Assembly: GCF_001194135.2 (NCBI RefSeq)
Contig: NC_068981.1
Span: 33,294,375 to 33,358,374, forward strand
DNA length: 64,000 bases
Reading direction: 5' to 3'
From: Octopus bimaculoides
Taxonomy: Eukaryota
The stretch's first letter is position 1. Each line of letters opens with the position of its first letter. The notes beneath the pieces were generated by a model, which was not told the DNA's origin, searched no databases, and saw nothing but the letters and a program-made list of their open reading frames with translations. Position numbers and translations under genes: made by a program. Positions 51,751 to 64,000 of the stretch are shown here, piece after piece.

Positions 51751-53330
51751 CACCAATATTGAATACTTGGCTAACTCAACACATTCAGAATGAATGCTCA
51801 CACTACACCATAGGTCATGGAGTAGAGGCTGCCAAAAATCTTGCTATCAACAACTTATATATATCACAAACAGGTTACTGCAACAATGATACTCCTTAAA
51901 ATGCCTACAAACTACAGGCCACGTGAAATGAAATATTGGTAAATACCAATATATGAAAGAAATAGGTGTGTTGTTGTATAAGAGTTCACACCTGTACACC
52001 CGCTTTAAATGCATGATCTCAAATCCCATAGACTCGATAAACATTTTAGATCACAGCTCATAGCTATTAATAAATTGTACAAACCTCTGGAAGTTACAAT
52101 TGAAATCATCACAGTGAAGAGAATATATACTTTCAATAGCCAAGTGCACAAACACCACATTACTTTCAGCCTCAGTGATACAGTAAACTACTGGTTGAAT
52201 TATTCTTTTTGATCAAATCACTATCAATTCCATTGCTCATGTATGGTTCTAATTTCAAATTAGATATATGCCACATATCATAATTGTGTGTTTGTGCGTA
52301 TGTATTGGATACACCCAGCATTTTTGTATGTACACATATATACATATTTATATATCATTATTGTTGTTACATTCATTTTTCCATACAAGCATAGCTCCAT
52401 ATGTATGTATGTGTGTGTGTACGTTATATATATATGCACAAATATATCTAGTTTATGTATACACACATGCATGTATCCTCATACATACCACATAAATGAT
52501 CACGTATATTCCTTTATACACACATTCACCATTAAAAATCAATAATTTTTTATAAAACATTTCAACAAAAAATCCTATTTATACATAAAGTAGGCCAAAA
52601 AAAAAATACACCGAAATATTTTTAAATTCTATAAAAATTAATCAAATCAAAAGACAAAAGAATAAATAATAAAAGAAAATCATCCTATAACAGAAAATAT
52701 TTCTAAAAAATTGTAGTTTGAGAAAAAAATAATAAAAAAGGCAATATGAACAATCTTTAGGTAAATAGGATACATGATCAATGTTCTCTTAATTTTATTT
52801 CCTTATTCATGCATGGAAATGAATTTTATCATGTATAAATATATTGATGTAGCATATATATATATACGTCTATGTAAATTCTGATGGCGTCCATAACATT
52901 TGCAATTGCTTATTGATATCATTAACTATGTGCAAGGTTTTAATAAATCAATGCCAGTCAACCTGTAATTCTGGTGTCAGTACAGGAATTATTAAGGATG
53001 CAAATTTAATGTCATGTCAACTGATTATTAATTAATTAACAACAATTACCAATATTGTTATTAATGCCTTCATTAAGCCATGGTAATCCATAGGATTAGT
53101 ACTTAACTTGTACCTATGTAGTATTGTTCTTTTTTTGTTTTGTTTAACTCTAGGCCAACCCTGTTCAAGTTATGACCATCCTGTCCTTCTTTAAAAGTAG
53201 TGTATACATTATCCAACATGGTAAAGTGCGAATGGAGAAGATATGGTTGATATTTCTAGCATTTTGAACAATCCCATATATGGTTGTTTGAAACCTCCTC
53301 ATTAGTTTTTTTTTTCTCTGATTAGATATA

Positions 53331-53588
53331 CAGTAATACCTCACTTTACAAGGACCCTCTTTACAAGAGCCCAGGTTTATGAGTTTTATTTTATAATAAA
53401 TATAAAAAGGTTAAACAGCCATTTTGTGTATGTGGCAACATTGGTTCTGATGCATCTGCACAGTGACAGAGTAAAATGACAGCATAAAATTTCATTATTA
53501 CTATGGGAAATCATTGCTCTGCTTTACACATCTTTGTTTTACGAGTGATCTCCAGGAACCAATTAACTCATATATCAAGGCTTTACTG
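53331..53588. mobile_element. Tigger/pogo-like MITE
   Basis: TA|CAGTAATACCTC ... AAGGCTTTACTG|TA, with imperfect TIRs and TA TSD. Confidence 0.6.
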
Positions 53589-54155
53589 TAATAGTTTCAA
53601 ATTTTTGGCATAAGGTCAACAATTTCAGAATTTGACTAGTACATATTTTATTGACCCTGCAAAGGATGAAAGGCAAAGTTGACCTCAGCAGCATTTGCAA
53701 TCAGGACATAAAGGGCTGGAAGAAATGCTGTTAGGCATTTTGTTTGGTGTGGTAATGATTCTGCCAGTTTGCTGCCTTCTATTTCAATACAATAAAAGTC
53801 TAACACAGGCAAAGTTTTTCAGAGACACTTTGTGCCTACACTCAGTCTGGTGTAGTACACATTTGGATATTTAGCCCTCTGCTAATACTAATAATTATTA
53901 TAAAATGTTAAATGATTTCCTTCCAAAAACAGAAATAGCATGATTTGATAAATAGAAACAGAAATGGTAGGGTGAAGGTTTGAATGTGTTTGATCATAAG
54001 GGCTGCTTGATGAGGGTTGACTTGAGGCGGATCACCACTGGGAATGTAGTAAGATTTGAAACTTAGGAGTTGAATATCAACACATAATGTACTGTCACTG
54101 CACCTCCTCATTGAAATCAAGAACAAGAACCAATCACAAAACCATTATTTAGAGA

Positions 54156-54226
<71 letters not shown>

Positions 54227-56048
54227 AGCTTCTTTTCAGTTGCTTAATCTGCTAAAAATAACTGCCAAACTCCCTTACATTACATCTTGCGATCTTTAAA
54301 AGGTAAGGATATATTAGAAAATGTAGTTATATATATATCCTAAAAAAAATAGGATGACATAGCTGCAATGACTGTTGATAGGTCTGTTCAATCGAGACTG
54401 ACTTGGTGCTAAACAACAGCAACAAATCCTTCACTCTAGTTACATATGTTCTGATTCACACAATGTTATGGATGATAATTAGAATGGCCACATCACCCAC
54501 TATCAAAATACTGATGATAATTCTTCCTTCAACATTTTCAGATAATTAAGTAGATACACCATTCAACTCATGTTGGCTAAGTCAGATCTCAGACTAAATA
54601 AATATTACTTATATCTTGACTACTAAATCAATTTCTTGTTACAAGTTTATGCTAGCATTAATTATCTTTTTCTCTAAGGCAGTGAGCTGGCAGAATCTTT
54701 TCAGCACCTGACAAGATACTCAGCTGCTGGTCTTCCAGCTCTTCACATTTTGCATTCAAATGCTGCTAAGGTCAACTTTGCATTTCAGGGTTAATAAAAT
54801 AAAGTATCAACTGAGCACTGGGGTTGATGTAATTGACTTTTCTTTCCCTTGAAAATTGCTGGCCTTGTGCCAAATCTGGAAGAATTATCTGTTTCTCTCT
54901 AATTAATAGCATATAAACATAGATTATAAATTTCAGATTTTTACATGAGTGTTTACTTGAAAATTAAGCACATTTTTTATCAGTTTAGTCAATCCCTCCT
55001 AATATATTGATCTTTCTAATACAGGCATAAGGCTACAGGTTTTTAAAAGGGAGTGTGAATTTTATTAACCTTTGGACCTTACTGAGTATCAACTTCAGTC
55101 TAAAAAGGGATGCAACTAAATTTTACACCATGTTTTGTCCAATGTTCTTCCACCAATTTTGTCATCCAACAGGTCACCCAGTTTACCACTGCCACCACCA
55201 CCTGGCCCTTGGGTAACCTCAATGGTCTACTCTGTTGCAAGTATTTAGACTTGGTATCCAGTCTGAAAATAACTGAAACATTTTGATGTTTTATTTTCTA
55301 CATGAAAGTGTAGTTTCTTTCCCCTTTATCCCAGTCTCAGACACCCAGTAACTTATGGACATTCTGCATGTTCTTCTCTGACTAAACCATAAAATAGAAA
55401 TCTCTAAGAAAAAAAGGCACTAATTATCTGCTATTGTTTATTTTAAAAGGCAATTCATTGGGGAACACCTCATAGACAATGGCAAGATAAAACACCTGGC
55501 TATAAAACTAGGTGCTCAGTAAATCTAATAACATCTAGGTAAAATATAACAATGTATAACAGATGCTGCAATCAATAGAAGTCTCATAAATTATATTTTA
55601 ATTACCATAACTATGGTAGCAGCAGAAGGAGTCATTATAATTAGTTAACTAATTCACTGTCACGTCTGAAGATGCAAGTGTTTCCATGAACACTGATCAA
55701 AGTTGTAGCCTATAACTATGAATGTATAAATGATAACCTTATTCAGATGTATACAACTGGCCAATCGTTGCAGCATTAGTAATAACAAAGAAATACTTAA
55801 TACTATTTGCAATATTGATTTATATTACTTAACTATTAAGTTATGTCTGCAGGAATAGGAGCTCTAGTCAATCACATCAATCCAGTATATTACTGATACC
55901 TGTGCAGTGCAGTACTTAAAGTGAGTCTGCATCCCAGCATTATAATTAGATACATTTGAACATCAGCTACTAAAATAGTTGTCATGCATTACAATGGCAC
56001 AAAGAGTGTAGAAAATGTAAAAATAATATTCTCCAATTATTAATTATA

Positions 56049-56473
56049 GGCGCAGGAGTGGCTGTGTGGTAAGTAGCTTGCTTATCAACCACATGGTTCC
56101 GGGTTCAGTCCCACTGCGGGGCATCTTGGGCAAGTGTCTTCTACTATAGCTTCGGGCTGACCAAAGCCTTGTGAGTGGATTTGGTAGACGGAAACTGAAA
56201 GAAGCCCGTCGTATATATGTATATATATATATATGTGTGTGTGTGCGTGTGTGTGTGTGTGTGTTTGTGTGTCTCTGTTTGTCCCCCTAGCATTGCTTGA
56301 CAAACGATGCGGTGTGTTTATGTCCCCGTCACTTAGAGTTTCAGCAAAAAGAGACCGATAGAATAAGTACTAGGCTTACAATGAATATGTCCCGGGGTCG
56401 ACTTGCTCGACTAAAGGCGGTGCTCCAGCATGGCCGCAGTCAAATGACTGAAACAAGTAAAAGAGTAAAAGAG
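56049..56473 (+). mobile_element. tRNA-derived SINE family A, young full-length copy
   Basis: A-box-like GTGGCTGTGTGGTAAG, B-box-like GGTTCAGTCCC, central (TA)n(TG)n, and tail GAAACAAGTAAAAGAGTAAAAGAG. Many homologues occur in this window. Confidence 0.9.
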
Positions 56474-56514
56474 TAAGTTAGATTACTAACACACATGTAA
56501 CAAAATATATATAA

Positions 56515-56835
56515 GAAGGCACATGGCTTAGTGGTTAGGGTATTTGGCTCATGATTGTAAGGTCAGGAGTTTGATACCTGGAAGTGAGTTGTGTTGTTGA
56601 GCAAAACACTTTATTTCATGTTGCTCCAGTCCACTCAGCTGGCAAAAATGAGCTGTACCAGCAATTCAAAGGACCAGCCTTGTCACATTCTGTGTCATGC
56701 TAAATCTCCCTGAGAACTACATTAAGAGTATGTGTGTCTGTGGAGTGCTCAGCCATTTGCACATTAATTTCACAAGTAGACCGTTCCAGTGATCGGATCA
56801 ACTGGGACTCTAGTCATTGTAACGATGGAGCACCA
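56515..56835 (+). mobile_element. SINE family C
   Basis: tRNA-like head GGCACATGGCTTAGTGGTTAGG, with the same body as the 26030 copy. Confidence 0.8.
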
Positions 56836-58021
56836 GTTCATGATAATATATATTGTTTTTTTTCATTAATGAGTTAAGAGAATACAAGCAATGCCCGTGA
56901 TCTTTGTAAAATTTCCCAGAGTTGAGAGACTGATGTGTTTGATGTTCATCTTAAAGTCCTGTAGTCAAATGATAACAAGAAATAAATAATGAAATGAGGA
57001 AGATCATTTGAGATGGTTATTATTCTAGGAAAGAAGGATTCAGAAAAATGCTTAACATTGAATCTAAGAGTTACAGAAGGGTTACTGAGAAGAGGAAATG
57101 TGTATCATGTAGGTTTTGACAGAGATGCTATGATAGTTAACTAGTTCAGATGTGCAGCGGTACAACTGTAAGCTAATTATTGTAGTATATTGATGAGTGA
57201 GCCTTTGCCAAACAGTTGAATGTAACAGTCATTGCACCTCTGGATAGGCAGACAATACATTCTTGTCACAGACATGGTTGAAGGTTTTACTGATGTCAAA
57301 TGCTTTTGCATTTGTGACTATCATCTGGCAGGCGTTGTAGCAGAGAGCAAATATCTTTCAGTTGGTGCTGATTCATAATTTCCTTCAGGCTGCTATAAAC
57401 AGTATTTTTTAACAGTACTGCTGTAGTAATCCCACTCGGAGATTTGAGGATTGTGAACTTTGATTGTATGAGGAATATGAAGAGACATACCTCAAAGACT
57501 GAATTTAAACGTCTACTTAATTGTTTTGCATGGGTCAGAGTGAATCACTTTTGTTGCCAACAGCGATTATCATAGAATTTGAAGAACTCTGATCATTTAG
57601 CTGACACATACAAATAAGAATACATAATATACCATAATTACACTTGCATACATAATTCTAGACATAACATATATAAATATATATACATACATTCAAATAC
57701 ATGCAATAATAAATACAGACACACACACAAAAACATACATACACATAATATATAAATATAAACTGACACATGCACACACATCTTAGATCAAATCCCTAAA
57801 GGTTCAACTTTCCAACCTCTTCTAGCAATCAATAAAATAAAGAACTAGGTAAGCATTATTAGATTCATAGATTCAGTTCAATCGACTCTACAACTCCTAT
57901 ACAAATTTGTGGCCTTCTGCTAATACGATAAATCAATATTTCCTTTAATTGTTATCTAATGTGAATTATAGTTGGAAAAAAAGAGAGAAAAGGCAATGAT
58001 AATTCTTTACCGTGGTTTGTA

Positions 58022-59010
58022 TAATAAATATACTTCATATAATAATTCATAGTGTAATAACACACACTTCATAATGTAATAATACTAATATTTCATGGTA
58101 TAACACACATACACATTATATTGTAATAATACTAATACAAAAAAAAAAAAAAGAAGCACTCCGATGGTTATGACAACAAGGGTCCCAGCAGATATGATCA
58201 ACAGAACAGTCTGCTTGTGAAATTAACGTGCAAGTGGTTGAGCACTCCATGGACATGTGTACCCTTAATGCAGTTCTCAGGGAGATTCAGCATGACACAG
58301 AGTGTGACAAGGTTGACCCTTTGAAATACAGGTACTACTCATTTTTGCCAGCTGATTGGACTGGAGCAATGTGGAAATAAAGTGTCTTGCTCAAGGACAC
58401 AATGCATCGCTGGGAATTGAGCTCGTGACCTTACGATCGTGAGCAGAATATCCCAACCACTAAGCCATGTGCTTTCACTAATACTTCATGGTGTAATAAC
58501 ACACATACACTTTATATTGTAATAATACTAGTACTTCAGGATGTAATAACACGTACACTTCATGGTGTAATATAACACACATACATTCTGTATTGTAATA
58601 ATACTAATATTTCCTGGTGTAATAACACCCATAACTTTATATTGTAATAATAATAATACTTCATGATGTAATAACACACATACATTTCATGTTGTAATAC
58701 TAATATTTCATGGTGTAAGAACATACATACATTCTATATTGCAATAATACTAATACTTCATGGTGTAATAACACAAATATTTTAAACTGTAATGATAGTA
58801 ATGCTTCACAATGTATTGATACTAATTTTTCATGGTGTAATAACCACACATACTTCATAGTGTAATGATACATATTTCATATTGTAAAGATACTAATAGT
58901 TTTAGTGTAATAACCCATGTTCTTCATAGGTATAATGACACATATTTCATATTATATGATGTTTATACCGTATAATGATACATATGCTTCATATTATAAT
59001 GATTATAATG
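58022..59010. repeat. Minisatellite, ~50-bp dimer of ~25-bp subunits
   Basis: TTCATGGTGTAATAACACACATACAC alternates with TTTATATTGTAATAATACTAATAC and degenerates toward 59000. Confidence 0.85.
58139..58476 (-). mobile_element. SINE family C inserted in a minisatellite
   Basis: Reverse-complement match; 8-bp TSD ACTAATAC at 58131-58138 and 58477-58484. Confidence 0.85.
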
Positions 59011-60457
59011 ATATACATCCTTCATAAACACTTTGCATGTAAAAATCTAAATATTTATTCCAACAGGCCTTAATTTATTTGGCTGTAGATTGTGTACTGA
59101 ACATTCTATGAAAAATTTACCTGTAATAGTGTGGTGCTTTATCTGTAGAAAAACCTAAGTCTCATTAATGTAAAGATATCAAGACAGGAGTTTAATACCA
59201 GACATGTGGCTCAAGAGTGAACTAAGGATGTAGTTCATTATAGAATTAATATCAGAAAATGTTATAAAAAAGATATTTTAATTGCAGTAAGCGTGAAGCA
59301 AAATAAGCTAAAAAAAAAAAAAAACAATTCCCAAATAGATTTTTCTATCGTAAGGATATTTTAATAATGGGTTAGTGGGGAGTCAATAATGATAAATATA
59401 ATAAAAGTAAAATGTGTAATGAGTGGTAACCAAGCTAAGTATTGAAAAGCAAGCATTCAATCAATGATTGTAATGTGTCTTCAAAGAAACACTCATGCCA
59501 TACAGAGGAGAGGTTATTGTTTAATTGCTCACTTTTTTCTCTACCTCTGTTGAATATTGTATATGTGTATAAATATGTATGTATGTATGTATAAGGGTAC
59601 TTAGGAAACAGTGACCCATTAACATGGAAATCAGTTCAACTTTAGACTTACTTTCATGATTCAGATGAAGCATACTAAGAAATTTGGGACAGATTCTTAG
59701 AGATCTCACAAATGCTTTTGTTTGAAAAAATCGACAAAATTAGACTAAGTAAAAAATAGAGCATGCAATTAGAGAAAAGGAAGAACCATGGTAAAGGGGA
59801 AAAAAGCAATTTCCTTAAAGGTAAATAATGGACTGAAAAACACCATAGTAGAGGCTATAGAGGAAAAGAGAAAGAGATAAACTCCATACCAAAAACGTTG
59901 ATGCAGAGACTGAATCATTTGCTTTTCAAAATTTCTACACTAGTTAGTATTCTCATTTCCCTATATCACTGCCCAACACTCCAACTCTCCTCACACTCTT
60001 AAACTCTTTCTCATATCCAAACCTAGACTTTAGTATCTCTGACCCTGTTAGATTGTCTGACCACTGTTTAATCAAAGAAACACTCCCTCATATCTTCCAA
60101 CTGCAATGACCCTTGCCCCAATCACCCCAAACACTCTACTTGTTCTAGTAAGCTAACAGGCTGGAACAATGCCAGTTCACTACTCACTACCCATAGTAGC
60201 AAATGTGCTTTACTTCCGACCCATCAGTGATCATTAAGCATATGATCAATAACTTCCTCCTAGAGATGCCTCTCCACATCATTCATACAACCACCACCCC
60301 CAACTCCAAAACCTGCAAGTATTTTGCTTGCAGTCATGTTGCAGCAGAACAAATGCAGAATGCTATTTACAACACAACTAGAAGATATTTACCCACAACT
60401 ATAATGGAAGACATTCATCAGAAAAGTAAAGGACACTTTTGTATATTACATACAATA

Positions 60458-60831
60458 GGCACAGGAGTGGCTGTGTGGTAAGTAGCTTGCTTACCAACCA
60501 CATGGTTCCGGGTTCAGTCCTACTGCATGGCACCTTGGGCAAGTGTTTTCTACTATAGCCTCGGGCCAACCAATGCCTTGTGAGTGCATTTTGATAGACG
60601 GAAACTGAAAGAAATCCTTCATATATATGTATATATATATATATATTTGTATGTGTATGTATATGTTTGTGTGTTTACGTCCCCGTAACTTAGCGGTTCG
60701 GCATAAGAGAGACTGATAGAATAAGTACTAGGCTTCCAAAGAATAAGTCCTGGGGGCGATTTGCTCGACTAAAAGCGGTGCTCCAGCATGGCCGCAGTCA
60801 AATGACTGAAACAAGTAAAAGAGTAAAAGAG
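60458..60831 (+). mobile_element. SINE family A, young copy with internal deletion
   Basis: Near-identical to the 56049 copy; possible TSD ATACAAT on both flanks. Confidence 0.88.
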
Positions 60832-61485
60832 AATACAATTTCTCTTCCCCCACCAAATTGTAGTCAACAGTTTTGGTCCCCTGCAAAAAGAGACTCTCAA
60901 CTGAACAGTGCAGATTCTTCCTACCAGTTACTTCTCAGCAAATATTCCTCTATAAAAAACACTTCTAACACTGGACTTCAGACGCCACCATCATCTTTGT
61001 CACTGTTGTCATCATCATCATCATTATCATTTCTTCAAGTTGTTTACATCCAAAGTTCAAATCCTGTCAAAGCCAACTTTGCCTTTTATCCCTGACGGGT
61101 TGATAAAATAGATTACCAGTCAATTATTGAGGGCTATGGAATTGACAAGCCCTTTCCCCTCAAAATTGCTCGCTTTGTGCCTAAATCAGATATCATTAGT
61201 ATTATAGCAGTGCAGTAGCAAAATCAATAGAGCACTTTACAAAATGCTCTATGATATTTATTTATGTCCTTTTAGAGCTTGAGTTCAAATCCCACCAGAA
61301 TCAACTAGTATTACATCTTTGATGTCATAACTGGGTCAGTGTAATCTACCTTTCAATTTGTGGCATTGTTCCAATCATCATCATCATCATCTAATGTTTG
61401 TTTTCCATGCTGGCATGGGTTGGACGGTTTGACTGGGGCTGGCATCAACCAGTGGGGGGCTGGCTTCGGTCAATGTCACGAGAAA

Positions 61486-61617
<132 letters not shown>

Positions 61618-61864
61618 TGGGGTAGAATCTTTCGTCTACTGCTACGTTCTGAGTCCAAATTCAACTTTGTCTTTCATCCTTTCAAGGTCAATAAGTTAAG
61701 TACCAGACTATCCCCACCCCCCAAAATGTCAGGCCTTGTGCCTATAGTAGAAAGGGTTATTATTATTATTTTATTGTTTTTTCACAGCTTCTAACACTGG
61801 AGATGTACTACAGTGTCAGCTGTTCACAACTAGTGAACTAAAGTAACACCCCTTATTTTTCGAG

Positions 61865-61909
<45 letters not shown>

Positions 61910-62929
61910 CATTATTATTGCAGTAAGCTGATGAGATCATTAGAGCATTGTACAACATGCTTTGCAGCAATTTTGACTTTTTACATTCTGAGTTCAAATT
62001 CCACCAAGGTTCACTTTGCCTTTCATCCTCATAGGTCAATAAAATAAGTACCAGTTGAGCACTGAGGTTGATGTAATCAATTTATCCACTTCTCTCAAAA
62101 CTGTTGGTCTTGTACCAAAATTAGAAAGAAAAGATATTATTGTTGTTGCTGCTGCTGTCGGTGTTGCAGTGTTTATCCAAAACTATTTCATGTTTCATCA
62201 GTCTGTTCTAAGAATAGGACATAATTTTTTTCCCTTAATCTTCATTCAATAATATTGAGTTTGTGTTTTTTTTTTATTCTTACACAATCTCCATCCTACC
62301 CATTAGACATCAACAAAAATTAATCTTCAGAACTTTATCTAATTTGATTTAAGCAGTATGGTAGTAGTTTTCCAAGTTGATAAACCAAACATATTTATCA
62401 ATGGTAGAATTAAAACCATATTGTCATATATTCTTTCAATAATAGATTACAGCTATAATTTGAAGGAAAACTAAGACTTAAAATGCAAAGGAGTCAGAGA
62501 AGAGAAAGAAATCGATGATGTTTTTTTTTCTCTCTGTTGAAATATTTAGTAGTCACTAAAAATAAAGTATTAAAAATTAACTTATAACTGCTTAGTGTTT
62601 AACACACACAAAAATAAATTAAATTAAATATGTCAGTTCAAAAGCAAAAACTGAAATGTTGAATCTAGCAGAAACAACATTAATACTGTGAGTGGTGTAA
62701 GTCCATCAAGTTTGAGGAGCAGAGAGCATTTGTATGGAAATATTATCACACATTTGTGTGCGCCAAAAGTAACAGATTGTAAGCAGAAAAAAAAACAAAA
62801 CATGCTGAATGAAAATTTGATCTGTTAGAATGCTTCAATACACATAGAATCAATATGGTGATATTTAAGAGCCATTTTGCAGAAAAATTTACTCTTTATT
62901 ATTTAATGGTTAAATATATTATCATTCTC

Positions 62930-63350
62930 ATCATTTAACAACCCCATTTCCAAGTATGCATGGGTCAGACAGAATTTGTTGAGGTAGATTTTTCTGCAGC
63001 TGAATGCCCTTCTTGTCACTAACCTTCACTTATTTCCAAGAAAGGTAATATTTCTGATGGCCTGATATAAATGCTAGAAACAAAGAACACTACTTGTATG
63101 ACAGTGATGCTCATTTACAAGCACGTGATGTCAAGACAAGGGTACATACAAACTCATTCATGCACACATACACATAAACTTGTATATATGAAAAGATTCT
63201 TTCAGTTTCTACCTACTAAATTCAGTCACAAAGCTTTTGGTCAGCCGGGGTCTATAGAAGGAAACACTTGCCCAAGGTGCCACACAGTGGGACTGAACCC
63301 AAGATCATATATGTGGTTAGGAAGCAAGCTTCTTAACCAAACAGCCAGAC
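62930..63350 (-). mobile_element. Chimeric SINE: family A head with RTE-type tail
   Basis: Reverse-complement architecture of the 35790 copy, with an extra middle module. Confidence 0.65.
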
Positions 63351-64000
63351 CTGAGTCAGGATACAATTTGCTGTTTTGGCATGGTTTCTATGGCCGGATT
63401 GCTTTCCTAATACCACCCATTTAACAGAGTATACCAGGAGCTTTAAAGGCACCAGTGCTTTATACATGGTACCAGCACAAGTGCTTATTATGTGGCACCA
63501 GCATGATTGCTTTTCATGTGGCACCAGCACGGATGCTTTTTATGTGATACTAGCATCAGGGCATTTTATGTGGCACCAGCATGAGGGCATTTTATGTTGC
63601 ACAAACACATATATACATATCTATATATATATATGATGGGCTTCATGTAGTTTCTGTCTGCCAAATTCATTTGGCTAATCTGAGACTGTAGAAGGAGACA
63701 CTTGCTCAAAGTGTCACACAATGGAACTGAATCTGAAACCGTGTGGTTGGGAAGCAGGCTTCTTAACCTCACAGCCATGACTACACCATCAATAGCAAGA
63801 AAAGTATATTTAATAGCAACAGGGAAAAAAATGATTAAATTAATGGTAGGTGAGAAATGTTTTTGTTCTGAGTTATTCATAGTTATTCAATATCATCTCC
63901 AATCATTCTACTTGATCTAGTAGTTCATCTAGAAACAGAATGATTAAGGAAGAAATTGAGAAACTATGTCAAAATTGCAAAAGGTAACACGTATTGCTGT

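Noticed and set aside
52800-53110. TAAT-rich unique sequence as an enhancer
   Set aside because: Such motifs are expected by chance in AT-rich DNA; untestable without conservation or chromatin data.
56049-56120. SINE heads as tRNA genes
   Set aside because: A/B-box-like motifs are present, but no cloverleaf is evident and they continue into SINE bodies.
58022-59010. CRISPR-like array
   Set aside because: Eukaryotic context, degenerate tandem units without unique spacers, and no cas genes.

Overview
This is AT-rich, microsatellite- and SINE-dense animal genomic DNA with 8 assembly gaps. The repeat families look like those of an Octopus (coleoid cephalopod) assembly, but that is recalled from memory, not a database hit. 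One protein-coding gene is well supported: a minus-strand PQ-loop membrane protein (PQLC1/SLC66A2 orthologue). Its four coding exons are 33880-33663, 28285-28149, 8533-8317 and 1877-1688, with canonical GT-AG sites and matching phases; 762 nt give 253 aa. A 5'UTR exon/promoter may lie near 51.2-51.75 kb. The rest is intron or intergenic DNA filled with transposon relics: a DD37D maT element, an internally deleted mariner, hAT-, piggyBac- and Tigger-like MITEs, RTE, CR1-like and RLE-type non-LTR fragments, a Gypsy integrase-PPT-LTR stub, a Helitron-like end and at least three SINE families. I found no clear novel multi-gene system. The most unusual observations are: a 131-bp locally templated insertion with a 7-bp target duplication; a 300-bp palindrome carrying two hammerhead-ribozyme-like cores; an RLE retroelement inserted in an (ATAC)n microsatellite; a Gypsy/inverted-duplication junction beside the putative promoter; an unidentified exon-like ORF antisense in intron 1; and several inverted repeats near exons that could form dsRNA in the pre-mRNA.
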